64,000 nucleotides of DNA from Caecitellus pseudoparvulus (taxonomy: Eukaryota; Protista; Bigyra: Bicosoecida): assembly GCA_965644315.1 (NCBI GenBank), contig CBFFRQ010000078.1, positions 62,001-126,000 on the forward strand, read 5' to 3'. Numbering within the stretch: the first letter of the stretch is position 1; each line of letters starts with the position of its first letter. Of the stretch, positions 47,205-59,600 are shown piece after piece. Position numbers and translations under genes: made by a program. Under the pieces are notes generated by a model. The model searched no databases. It saw only the letters and a list, made by a program, of their open reading frames with translations, and was not told where the DNA came from.

Positions 47205-50200
47205 ATGGCCACCCCCAAGGAGCCCCTCGCGGGCGAAGACGCCGTCAGTGAGTCGGTGTTGAACTGCGGAGCTGTGGCCAGGGCGGAAATGGCGTGCACC
47301 ACGCCCGCTGCTCCTGCCCGCCCTGCACTTGAACGCGCCGTGCTCCCCCCCTTGCAGAGCTCTCCCCAGAGGAGGCCAAGAAGAAGGCCGCCCAGGAGAA
47401 GCTCGCCCAGTCCGAGTACACCTTGAAGGTGGGCTACACCAAGGATGATGGCAGCTTTGGCGAGGACCACCTCCCCAACCTCTCCGTCTCCGAGACGGAG
47501 CGGTACTACGCCGACAAGCTGCAGGCCAAGGCCGTGAAGTTTGCACCTGCTGAGAGTGCCGAGGCTGCCCGCAGCTGGCAGTACGACATCAACGCGGACA
47601 ACGTACGTGTCGTGGAGGTGCTCGGTGTTTTTCCGCTGCCTGCCCCAACCATTCCTGGCCGGGCTGGGCTTCCCGCACGGCGTGCTGTGCAGCGGCTCGC
47701 GGCGACGCACATGCCGTGTTCCTTGCATGTGCCCTGTGTGCCCTTGTTTGCGGCGGCCGTGGCGTGGCTGGTGCACTAGCGGCCCTGTCTCACCGCCTTG
47801 CACCCACGCTTCGCTTGCAGGTGATCCCTTACAGCGTCCGCATGGCTCTGCTTGTGGACGACGAGGGCAACGAGAAGCTCAACCGACTGACGCCAGCCGC
47901 GCAAAAGCCTGAATGGCAGAAGTTCCTGGAGGAGCTGACCGGCTTCTTCGCCCTGCTCCTGTGGGCTGGTACGTGCAGCGAATGGCTGGTGAAAGTGTGA
48001 AACGCCGGTGGCGCGTGTGGCCTTCAGCGCCGTGCGCATGCCCTTGACCGCCTGCCCAGCACGTGATGTGCCTGCCCTGTCCCTTCCTCATGTGCCCTGC
48101 GCTTGTTAGAGGTTCTGGGTCTGTGTGGGGCAGGCGCTCCGCGCCCTTGAGTGCAGTGGCGTGTGCGGACGCAGCCGTCACCCAACGCTTCGCCCTGCCG
48201 CCCGACCGCCACGGCACGCCACGCTCCCCCCACCCTGCACAGGTTCCATTCTCTGCTTCATCGGGTATGGTGCGTGCCTCACGCCGGGCGCCTGGCGTGC
48301 GTGCGTCACCCACCGCTGCCCAGCTTCAATGTGCGCTGGCTCCATTTCCGCACAGGTCTCCGTGGCGACAACGACAACCTGTACCTGGGCATCGTGCTGG
48401 CCTTCGTCGTGCTGGTGACGGGCATCTTCACGTACCTGCAGAACGCCAAGTCTGCAAACCTGATGGCCAAGTTTGCGAAGCTGCTGTCGGCTTCCATCCG
48501 CGTCAAGACTGACTACTCCTTCACCCGCCGCGACAAGGACGACCGCTCCTCCCCCATGGAGTGGATCCAGGATGCCGGCATGGACTTCAACCCCCTGTAC
48601 CTGACGGAGGGCGACGTCGTCATGCTCAAGTCTGGCGACCTGGTCCCCGCTGACGTCCGCGTGCTGACTGCGGAGGACTTCAAGGTGAACAACTCCGCCC
48701 TGACGGGTGAGCCCGACGCCCTGGAGCGCGTGCCGGAGAACAAGCACCACAAGAAGCAGGACGACAAGGAGGCGACCAACATGGCCTTCTTCGGGACGGA
48801 GGTGAAGAACGGCACGTGCACCGCCGTCGTCGTGCGCACGGGCGACGACACCTTCATCGGCAAGATCGCGCAGCTGACGGAGGGCACCGACACGGACGAG
48901 ACGCCCATCGGCAAGGAGATCCACCACTTCATCAAGATCGTCTCCGCCGTCGCCATCTTCCTGGGCGTCACCTTCTTCATCATCGGCCTGGCCCTGGGCA
49001 CGGACATCATCACCAACCTCGTCTTCATGATCGGCATCATCGTCGCCAACGTGCCCGAGGGCCTGCTGGCCACCGTGACGGTGTGCCTCACCCTCACCTC
49101 CCAGTCCATGAGCGAGAAGAACGTGCTGGTGAAGAACCTGGAGGGCGTCGAGACACTCGGCTCCACCACCGCCATCTGCTCTGACAAGACCGGCACCCTG
49201 ACCCAGAACAAGATGACCTTCGCCGAGCTGCTGTTCGACAAGGCCATCTTCCGCACTGAGTTCGTGGCGCCCCCTGACGCCGCCGCCATCGCCTCCGGCG
49301 CCAAGAAGTACCCCGACTTCGACCACGAGGGCAGCACCTTCAAGCTGTTCCACGACGCCATGTGCCTGAACACCACCGCCTCCTTCAAGCCCGGCTCCAT
49401 GTTCGAGCGGGACAACGTGGACCGCAAGGTCAAGCACTTCCTGCCTTTCTACTCCCGCTCCTCCCACGCCGAGTCCGACGTGCCCGTCGTGCAGTGGCAC
49501 ACGCAGGGTGACGCGTCCGAGAGCTCCATCATCAAGTTCGCGCAGTACATGTACCCCGGCCTGTACACGCCCGGCAACATGCCCCTGTCCCACGAGGGCA
49601 TCACGACGCTGTTCGACGGCGACAAGATGCTGGAGCACCGTGCCAACTTCCCCCAGGCTCCCGGCGGCCAGATCCCCTTCAACTCCGCCAACAAGTACCA
49701 CGTGAAGATCACCAAGAACGAGGGCAACGCGGAGTTCCCGTACACCGTCTGGATGAAGGGCGCCCCCGAGCGCATCATGACCCGCTGCGACCACTTCGTG
49801 CACAAGGGCGCTGCCGTGCCCATGACCGACGCCGACCGGTCCGAGATCGACGCGCTGCAGCTGGAGCTGATGCAGCAGGGCCGCCGTGTGCTGGCCTTCG
49901 CCAAGTACGACATCCCCGCCGACATGGTGCTGCCTGAGGAGTATCAGGTGGAGAAGAGCATCAAGGAGCCCAAGCTGGGCGCCGACGGCGAGCCGGAGCT
50001 GAAGAAGGGCGAGGTGCAGATGCAGAGCGTGCGCCGGCGCTGCCCCTTCAACCTGGACCTGGCTGTGCGCAACGTGCCGCTGGGCGACCCCGCCGAGGCC
50101 GACGACGGCACTGGCCGCGACCAGCTCATCGCCAAGTGGAAGGAGAGCCACGTCGTGGAGGGCTCCGCCGCTGCCGGCTCCGACGACGTGACGGTGCTGT

Positions 50201-52386
50201 CCCAGGCCGAGTACGACGCGCAGGTGAAGGCCATGGAGAACTCCAAGATCAAGCTCACGCTCATCGGCATGTCCGCACTGATCGACCCCCCCCGCCCCTC
50301 TGTCCCCGAGGCCGTCCTGGACTGCCAGCGTGCCGGCGTCCGCGTCGTCATGGTGACGGGCGACCACCCCCAGACCGCTGCCGCCATCGCCAAGATGGTG
50401 AACATCTTCTCCGGACCCTTCAAGACCATCGGCCCCGTCAAGGACGGCGTGGACCCGCTGGAGACCGACGCCCAGGGCAACGATGTGCGTGCCGTGCGCT
50501 CCATCGTCGTGCCAGGCTGGGAGCTGAACGTGGACACACCTGATGAGAAGTGGGCGTACATCTTCGCCCACGACGAGATCGTCTTCGCCCGCACGTCCCC
50601 TCAGCAGAAGCTGCAGATCGTCAAGCGCTTCCAGGACATGGAGTCTGAGATCGTCGCCGTGACGGGCGACGGCGTGAACGACGCGCCAGCCCTCAAGGCC
50701 GCCGACATCGGCGTGGCCATGGGCATCGCCGGCACGGAGGTGTCCAAGGGCGCCGCTGACATGATCCTCATGGACGACAACTTCGCCTCCATCGTGCGCG
50801 GCGTGCGTGAGGGCCGCCTCATCTTCGACAACCTCAAGAAGTCCATCGCCTACACCCTGTCCTCCAACATCCCCGAGATCGCGCCCTTCCTCGTCTTCAT
50901 CACCGTGCAGACGCCCCTGCCCCTCTCCACCGTCCTCATCCTCGCCATTGACCTGGGCACAGACATGGTGCCCGCCATCTCCATGGCCTGGGAGAGCCCC
51001 GAAGCCGACATCATGCGCCGCCCCGCCCGTGACGCCGCCGTGGACCGCCTCGTCACCAAGAAACTCGTCTCCTTCGCATACCTGCAGATCGGCATCATCC
51101 AGGCCGTGGCAGGCTTCTTCACCTGGATCGTCGTCCTGAACGACTACGGCTACCCGCCCCACATCCTGCCTGGCCTCGGCTCCTTCGACAACTGGGGCAA
51201 GCAGGTGCTCTTCTGCAAGACCGAGGGCGGCGACTTCTGGAAGGTGGCTGCCGACGGCAGCGCGTCCAAGGCCGACGCTGGCTCCTTCAACTCGAACTGG
51301 GAGGCCATGCAGGCGGGCTACGTCTTCTGGGACGCCTCCGACAACGGCGAGATCAAGGACTGCTTCCACCCCGCCAAGAACTTCCAGGGCTCCGACTCCA
51401 AGCCCAGCGGCTTCAACAACCTGGACGGCTCCACCTGGGGCACGTACACGGAGGACAACATGGTCACGACGCTGAACTCCCACCTGGCTGCCAAGGCTGC
51501 CGGGTACACGCCCTTCATGCCCTGGCGCGCCGCCGAGAGCGAGTTCTGGGACACCCGGTGGATGCAGTGGGACTACTCCGAGGCGCGTGACGCCGATGGT
51601 GTGGACATCCCGGGCGCTGGCAAGGACACCGACCCCGTCCTGCTCTTCGCCGCTGACCAGCCTGGCTTCTGGGTGGTGGCCTCTGGCGCCGAGACGGTGT
51701 CCAGCGACCCCCAGGGTGACTCCGTGGCGGTGAACTCCCTGGAGGACGTCACCGGCTCCGCCTCCTTCCTCACCACCGACAACACCTTCTCCAACGTGAC
51801 CACCGGCACTAACATCCGCACCGTGGCCCTCAGCAACTCCAAGAACGCCGTCAAGGCCGCCACGTTCGTGCAGGCCCCCCCCGGCACCTGCATTGACTTC
51901 TTCGGCGAGGAGGTGGCCTGCCCCACCACCGCCTCGGAGTCCACCGTCGCGTACCTGAAGACGGACGCCGACGGCACCGTGCGCCTGAACGTCGCCTCCC
52001 GCATGATGCAGAAGGAGACGCTGCACCACGGCCAGTGCGCTTACTTCATCTCCATCATCATCGTGCAGTGGGCGGACCTGCTCATCTGCAAGACCCGCTG
52101 GCTGTCCATCTACCACCAGGGCATGGTGAACCCCGCCATGAACTTCGGCCTGCTGTTCGAGACCATCCTGGGCGCCTTCCTGTGCTACGTGCCCGGCATC
52201 GACCTGGCCCTGGGCACACGCCCCATCCGCCTCCTGCACTGGGTCCCCGCCATCCCCTTCTCCATCGTCATCTTCATGTACGATGAGGTGCGCAAGTTCA
52301 TCATGCGCTCCACCAGCTCCCAGAAGAAGCAGGGCAAGCAGGTCATCATGGACTACGGCTGGCTGGCCCGCAACACGTACTATTGA
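47205..52386 (+). CDS. P2C-type Na+/K+-ATPase alpha subunit (4 introns)
   Basis: Introns 47248-47357, 47603-47820, 47969-48242 and 48270-48355. Motifs IIVANVPEGLL, CSDKTGTLTQN, KGAPE, DPPR, MVTGDH, TGDGVNDAPAL, SSNIPEI, IDLGTDM, VQWADL and C-terminal TYY. Strong C/G-ending codon bias. Confidence 0.96.
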
Positions 52387-52605
52387 GCCCGCACACAGTG
52401 CGCCTTGCAATGCACCAGCCTAGGCAGACGGGGCAACGCACTCCCTCCCCGCAGTGGCGACGCGCACACAAAACGACACGCCGACAATACACGTAGCGGG
52501 ATCCCTGCCAGCCTGGGCGCGTCGTGCTTCCGGACGGCGGCTGGCGCGAGCTCAACGGCGCACTGTGCCCCTGCGGAAATTGAGGTCTGCCCACCACGCT
52601 CGGCC

Positions 52606-53752
52606 ATGGCGGCCAGCGGCGCCAGCAGTGCCCAAGTGGAGATCCAGGACCGGCCACGGGATGGCATTTCCAGCGTCTGCTTCGCCCCCGACTCCAACAA
52701 TGTCTTGGTGTCTTCCTGGGACCAGGTGCGAACAGAAAGCGCAGCGCAGGTCAACACGCCGCCGAACAGTGCCGCGACACACCTGCCGTGCCCCCGTCGC
52801 CCCGCGTCCATCACAGAGCGTGCGCGTGTACAACGAGGACGGCTCGGAGGTGAAGGCCTGTTTCAACCACTCTGGCGCAGTGCTGGACGCCGCTTTCGGC
52901 GCCGACGGCAAGACAGTGTTCAGTGGCGGCTTGGAGCGCCTTGTGCGCAGGTGGGACGTGGCGGCCGGCGAGGCAGCGGCAGGGGACGCCCTGGGCGAGC
53001 ACAGCAAAGCCATCAAGGCAGTGGAGTACATGCCGTCCCTGGGCGTCGTGGCGACGGGGTCGTGGGACAGCACTGTGGCGACGTGGGACGCCAGGGCTGC
53101 GCCGGGCAGCGGCGCCCGAGCCAGCACTATCTCCGCACCTGAACGGGTGTACTCCATGCACACCTCCTCGGCCACTGGCGCGCCGCTGCTGGCGGCAGCC
53201 TGCGCCAAGCAGCAGCTGGCTGTGTGGGACCTGCGCAACCCGGAGAAGCCCCTGCTCGCGACGCAGGTAAGCGCGTTGAAGCACATGCTGCGCTGCGTGG
53301 CGTTCTGGGCCGATGGCGCTGGCGTTGCTGTGGGGTCCATCGAAGGGCGAGTGGCCATGGAGCCGCTGCCTGGGCGGGACACGCCTGGGGGGGCAGGGCG
53401 CTCCAAGCGCTTCTCCTTCAAGTGCCACCGCAAGAAGATGCCCAGCCGCGTGGACGTGGTGTACCCTGTGAACGCCCTGGCGTTTCACCCCGTGCACGGC
53501 ACCTTCGCAACGGGCGGCGGCGACGGCGCCGTCGTCACTTGGGACGCCACTGCACGGAAGAAAGTGCACGCCTTCCCCACCTACGCTACCTCCATCTCTG
53601 CTCTCGCCTTCTCCGGCGACGGGCAGCGCCTGGCAGTGGCGGTGTCGTATGACCACAGTGCGGGCACTGGTCCCGAGGGCACTGTGCCGCCCGACACGCT
53701 GTTCATCCGCCACATGGCGGCGGGGGAAGTGGAGCCCAAGGCCAAGAAGTGA
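52606..53752 (+). CDS. BUB3: Mitotic checkpoint WD40 protein BUB3 (1 intron)
   Basis: Intron 52726-52816. Motifs DGISSVCF, LVSSWDQSVRVY, GSIEGRVAME, FSFKCHR, YPVNALAFHPVHGTFATGGGDG and YATSISALAFSGDGQRLAVAVSY. The last motif favours BUB3 over RAE1. Confidence 0.88.
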
Positions 53753-54061
53753 ATGTTTGCGTGAAGCTGGGCGTGTGGGTGCGCCGGTGGGGTGGGCGGT
53801 GCGGCTCCGGGTCTGTCGCCGCTCAAATGCCACACCCGGTGTGCTCCGCACCAATGCATGCTGCACTGTTGCGCCCCCGCCACAACACTAAAACGCGTCC
53901 GCTGTGATGTTGTAATACACTACACCTTGCACCTGAGACGCAGCTGGCGCAGCGCCTGCAGTGCAGGGTCGTCGGACGAGCTGCGTGGTGTGCGCGGGTG
54001 CGGAAATCGCTGCACACACGCACCATCCGTGCACTTCGCGGAAGTGCGCCCCGCACTCACC

Positions 54062-55463
54062 ATGGCCAGGCCAGGGAGACCCAGAAGTGCCGATCCGCCG
54101 GCAGCTGTGCTGTCAGACGCCGACCTCGGCATTCGAGGCCGCAGGCGCAGCCAGAGCTTCTCTGCAGACGACACAGACATGCTGGCTGAGATGGACGCAG
54201 CTGTCGGCAACCCCAGCTCTGCGCCTTCCCTGCCAAAGGCGGCGTCTGGACCTGGCTCCTCCGGGGCAGGGCAGCTGTCTGACCGCACGCTGGCCATCAT
54301 CGGCATGCGGGAACGCGGCAGCGCGGCAGCGGCGGTGGCGGCCGCCTCCTCTCCCAGCCGGCCAGTAACGCAGGCAGATCGTGAGGAGGCGGCCCTGGCA
54401 GAGGAGGAGCGGCGAGCCATGGTGGCCAGTGTCATTCGCAGGCCTGTCATGGCGTCCTCCTCTGGGCGGGACGGCAAGGACTACAGCATGACGGTGAAGA
54501 TACTGTTGCTGGGGGACGCCGGTGCGTGGCCAGTTGCAGGTGCAGTGCACCTGGCCAGCCAGCGGGTGCGCCTTTTCGCACTCTCGCGGGGTTCCACGCT
54601 ACGCTGCCGCCCCCCACTTCGCGCAGGTGTGGGCAAGACCAGCATGATGTTGCGGTATTCCGAGAACACCTTCAGCATCAACATGATGGCGACGGCCGGG
54701 TGCGTTGCTGCAGCGCACCTCTGCGTTGCATGCAGCGGAGCAGCGGAGCAGCGTGGAACGGTCACACCCGCCGGCACGTCACGGCACCCCGCTCCCCCCG
54801 TGGCAACTGCAGAGTAGCATACAAGGCGGAAATGCTGGACATCCAGGGCCAGCGCGTGAAGTGCCAGATGTGGGACACCGCTGGGCAGCAAGACTTCCAC
54901 GTCATCACGCAGGCGTACTACAAGGGCGCCCACGGCATCGTGCTGGTGTACGACGCCAGCGAGCAAGACCAGGCTTCGTTTCACAGTGCGTCGCGCAGTG
55001 TGGGAGGCGCAGCGGCAGGGGAATCGCGGCGGAAGGCGCAGCGAATGCGCAACGCCACGACACGCCCTCACCGCCCTGCGCAGATATGCAGTACTGGATG
55101 GACAACATTTCCAAACATGCCAGTCCCCGCGTGCACAAGGTGCTGGTGGCCAACAAGGTGGACCTGCCGCGTGGCGTCACTGTGGACATTGGCCGGGCAG
55201 CCGGGCAGCACTACGGCATTGACTACTTCGAGTGCTCTGCGAAGTCTGGGCTGAACGTGGAACACGTCTTCCACAGCGTTGCTGCCGCCTGTGTGCGGTC
55301 ACAGCTGGCGCGTGTGGCCAGCAAGGCTGCCAGCCAGGGTGCTGATGCGGCCTCTCCTTCGGCGCCTGGAGCGGCGGCCGCCTCGCCGCCGCCGGAAGTG
55401 ACGGCCAAACAGGTGAAGCACTTGAAAGATGGCAAGGAAAAGAAGCCTTGCACCATCATGTGA
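54062..55463 (+). CDS. Divergent Rab8-like GTPase with about 140-aa N-terminal extension and CaaX end (3 introns)
   Basis: Introns 54522-54626, 54700-54812 and 54986-55083. Motifs GDAGVGKTS, TAGVAYK, WDTAGQQDF, YYKGAHG, ANKVD, ECSAKSG and C-terminal KKPCTIM. Confidence 0.85.
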
Positions 55464-56642
55464 AGGTTTCCCTGCAGAGGCGTGGCTCGGCGCGCCGGCA
55501 GGGCATGGTGCGTTGGGTGCGCTTGGCGTTTCAGCCGAGCTGGCCGCTGGAAGACTGGCCAGGCGGTGTCCGCCTGCCAGCGCCGTGCGCCCGTGAAATG
55601 CAGCGCTTGCCGGAAGGGGGGTATGGAGAAGGGCCTCTGTAGCGTGCTCTGGCATTTGCACGCCGTGATGTGCGAGTTGCGCCGTGAAGTGCGGCACAGT
55701 CGTTGTCCAGCGCGGCGAGGCTTGGTCGCAGTGTCGGCTGTCGCCTTCGTTGTGGGCGGGAGCTTGCTGGGACACGCCACGGCTCCTGCGAGCAGAGGTG
55801 CGACCGCAAACGGCAGGCAGGAATACAAGGAGGGGTGATCTCCGCTGTGCAATTGCTGTGCAACATGTTTGGCGGCGAGGGGGCGGCGTGAGGGCAGGGT
55901 GGCGCAGGCGCAGTGCCACCCTGCGGAAATTGCGCCCAACGAAGGGGTGCCACAAAAACACCCCCTGCGCCGCTGCCAGCCCCCTGCACCGCCTCGGCCT
56001 CGCACCCACTCATCAATTCCCACACAATGCAGCGTGCAGCACTCACAAGTGCAGCCACACCCCACTGCATGCGTCTGAAAACAGGGCACAGGTGCCTCTC
56101 CGGCCTTCACGTGCCAGCAGCACTCAAGTGCAGCTCTGCACCAGGCACTGCCGCGTGACTGGCACCCCCGCCTGTCCTCCGCGGAGCTCCGCCCCACCAA
56201 CGGTGCGTGACGTGTTTCCACAGGGCCCTGCCCCTGTCCACGGCGCTGTGCGGCGCCGTGTGCGCCTTCGTGAGGTGCCTCTGAGCGAAGCCTTTGAATG
56301 TGAGCAGGCACCACCAGCGGGGTGCTCTCACCGTCTGCCGACGGGCTCAACGCCAGCTGCCGGCGCCGGCAGTGGGCATGGGCACGTCTACAGGGTGTGA
56401 ACCAGCCTCTCGCATGTGCTGGCGTGCTTGGCGTGGCTGTCCTGGCGCGGCAGGGGTCGTGGAGGCCGCTTGTCTGGCGCTGCTGCTGACTGCGGAATTG
56501 CGCCGCTGCCGGGTGCATTCCCTGCGCCGGCACGGTCAAGCGCAGGAGGGGGCCACCGTCGGTGCAGTGCGCCCTGGCGCGTTTCATTTTTCACACACAT
56601 GCGTGTCTTCATTTTCACAGGCCGGCGTCTCGCTCACACGCC

Positions 56643-59600
56643 ATGCAGGCGCAGTCATCTGGCCCGTCGCTGCCAACGGGAGGCGAGCCACAGACACGCC
56701 CGCTGGGCGGAGGGGAGGGCGCCGCTGTGCGTCAGGCCGGGACAGCAGACGACGGCAGGCCAGCGCAGGGCAGCCCCCCCCCGCTGTCCCTGCGGGCACC
56801 CCCCTCCACCAGTGCCGGCGACGCGGCTGGCGTGGTGGGTGAGGCGTTGGAGGGCGACGCGCCGCTGGCCCTGCTGCGGAGCATGGGCCCACCCTCCGCA
56901 CTGACCCGCCTCGCCGCCGCCATGGGCCACGCCACGACTGCCGACAGCGCCCCCCCGTCGCCCGCCCTCCCCTCTGCCGCCCTGGCCTCCACACAGGCTG
57001 TGCCGGGCAGCGAGGGGGGTGCAGGGGGGGTCCACGGCTCCCCCCCCCGCTCAGCACTGCCGGACACGACAGGGCAGTACGCCGGTGGCCGGCACATTGG
57101 CGAGGCGCCCTCGTGGCCAGGCTACTCTGACGCTGGCGCAGGGGGCGATGTGCGTGGCGAGCTGGCCACACCCCTCGTCGCGCCGCCGTCCAGTGGCCTC
57201 AGCAACACGAAAGCAGCCAAGGCAGCTCGGCGCAACCGACCTGCCGTCGCTGCTGCCCACGAGAGTGCTGTCAGCATGCAGGTGTTGCCTGGCATGCCGC
57301 CGCCGGTGGTGCCGTTGTTTTCGCGAAACGCAGGCGAAACGCCGGGTGACCCCTCCCCCTCGTCCATGTACGCCGCAGCGACGGCTGCAACGCTGCTGTC
57401 GCCACCCGAGGCAGCATTGCTGGATTCAAACAACTTGCCCACCCTGCCGTGCGTGCAGGGGCATGCGTTCACGCCCAACGCCCAGCGCCTGTGGCGAGTG
57501 GGCGCCGCACCGCCGCCCGCCACACACTGGGCGCTGCAGCCACTGCCCTTTCGCCCGGGGCTGGCGGTGCTGCACGGGGCTGCGCTCAGCGGGGAGCCCT
57601 CCCGTCCTGCGTTGCACGGCACGACGTCCACTGGCTCCTCCGTGCCCAGCGTGGTGACTCCGCATGCTATGGGGTGCCCCGCCCCGCCAGACCGCGGCCA
57701 CGCCCACGACAAGGCCGCCTTCACAACGCCCATGGTCACTGCCAGCACACTGTCCTCTGCACGCATGCTGCCGGCATCCACCGCCTGGGACCTTGCGGCG
57801 GCTCTGCGGGCGGCGGCGGCGGCTTCCCTGCGGAATTTGGCCGCTGACCGCGGGCGCCGGCGACCCCCCGCCCCACCCACGCTGGCAGCGCTGGCGCCAG
57901 CCCTGGCGACGCTGCCCCCCACGCCGCCCCTGCAGAGCAGCAACCCCCTTGCACACACGAGTCACCCGTTCGCGCCGCTGGTGGTGGCGCTGGCCTCCTT
58001 CGTCCGGGTGCGTTTCGGGCAGTGGCTGGACGACCTGGTGGATGCGGCGGATGTGGTGGGGGACACCAGTGGCACGGCCCTGGCTCTGGCGGCGGGGGGG
58101 GGGATGCATGCCCCCCTGCCTCCCCCCAGTGACTCCGCGGGCCAGCTGGCTCCTGCGTTGACCATGGCCACGCCCGGCGCCGCCGACGCCGCCATCCGCG
58201 TCGCCTTCGCCGCCCAACCGGAGCTGCAGCAGGTGCTGGTGGATCTCGCAACTTGTGCCCGCAAGCACCTCGTCGTGAACCTGGCTGCCACCACAGACGC
58301 CATCGCAGAGGCAGAGGGGGCATATGGAGGGCGGGTGCCGGGGGCCGGAACACTCACCGGCGTCGCCATTACGGCCCTCGTGGAACACATGGCCCCCGGC
58401 ATGGCTGCGAAATACGCACGAGTCAGCGTCGGGCTGCAGCCTGCCTTTGCACTGTCCCTCACACACACCCGGGCGGCGGTGTCCGGGCAGCGGGAGGTGG
58501 GGGCGGGGTCCGGGCACCCCGACGCCGCGGCAGCGCCCGGAGCCCGAACACCGTGTCCACCCGGAACAGTCCCCGTGCCCACGGCGGAGGATGACGTGGT
58601 GACTCACGAAGATGCTGCGTTGCGGGCGGGCGCAGCGCGGGTCTGGAGCGCAATCGTGGAGCCGTACTTCGCCCCCCTGGATGCCGTGTCCCTGACCCCC
58701 CTCATCCGCCGCCTGGCAGTGCGTGCTACGGTGGCGGCGGCGGCGGCCCAGCTCGGTGTTCCGCTGGACACCGGCGCCTCGGCCGGCCTGCTCCTGCCGC
58801 ATCCACAGCACCCCGCGGCACAGGGCCTGTGTGCGGCAGTCGTGGACTCGGACGCCACGGGGCGGGAGGGGGGGGCTACCGGAACACGGAACAGCATCCG
58901 CGCTGCCCTGGACGTGGTGGCCAACCTGTACCACGCACATGCCTGGCAAGTGCTGGCGGATGCCGTGGACGCCACCCCCGGCTGTGACATCGACCCGGCC
59001 CAGGGGCTGCAAGAGGCGTACCTGCAAGCGGCCAGTGCGGGGCGCAAGAGTGCTTCGGTGCCGCTAGCCCCCCTCGCGCCACTGCTGGACCCCCCCTCCC
59101 TCGTGCAGGCAGCTCAGGTGGCGCTGCACCCCCCCCGCATCCTCCAGGCCCAAGACCCCGAGCCGGAACACAAGGGGGGTGGCGATGGTGTTCCGAGTGC
59201 TGTTCCGGGTTGTGTCACCGTGGTCCTGCAGCGTTCCGGCCGCGCCGTCACGGCACAGTGGAGGTTGCCGGAGGAGGAGGGAGGGGAGGACGCAGCACCC
59301 CCCCCTGCGAGCCCCTTGCGTGAGGGGGGTCTGAGGGGGGGTCGCCTGGAGACCTGGAACCCCGTCGCACCCAGCGTTCTCGCTGCGCGGCTGGCGTTTC
59401 CCAGCCACCCGGATCGGCACCTGATGCTGGGTATGCCGCCCCCGCCCTCGGATGCGGAGGGGGGGGATGAGGGGGGGGCCGGCTCCAGCAGCCGCTATGG
59501 GGGGGGTGCTGCCTTATTGGCCACCACCTCCTCACGTCGCCGGTCGTCTGTGGGAGGGGGGGTCCGAGGGGGGGGAGGGGGGTGGCGGCGATCGTTGCAC

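Noticed and set aside
48178-52410. 1410-aa antisense ORF mirroring the Na+/K+-ATPase
   Set aside because: It is in register with the sense codons. Strong C/G third-position bias removes TTA, CTA and TCA codons, so antisense stops disappear. It has no recognisable domain.
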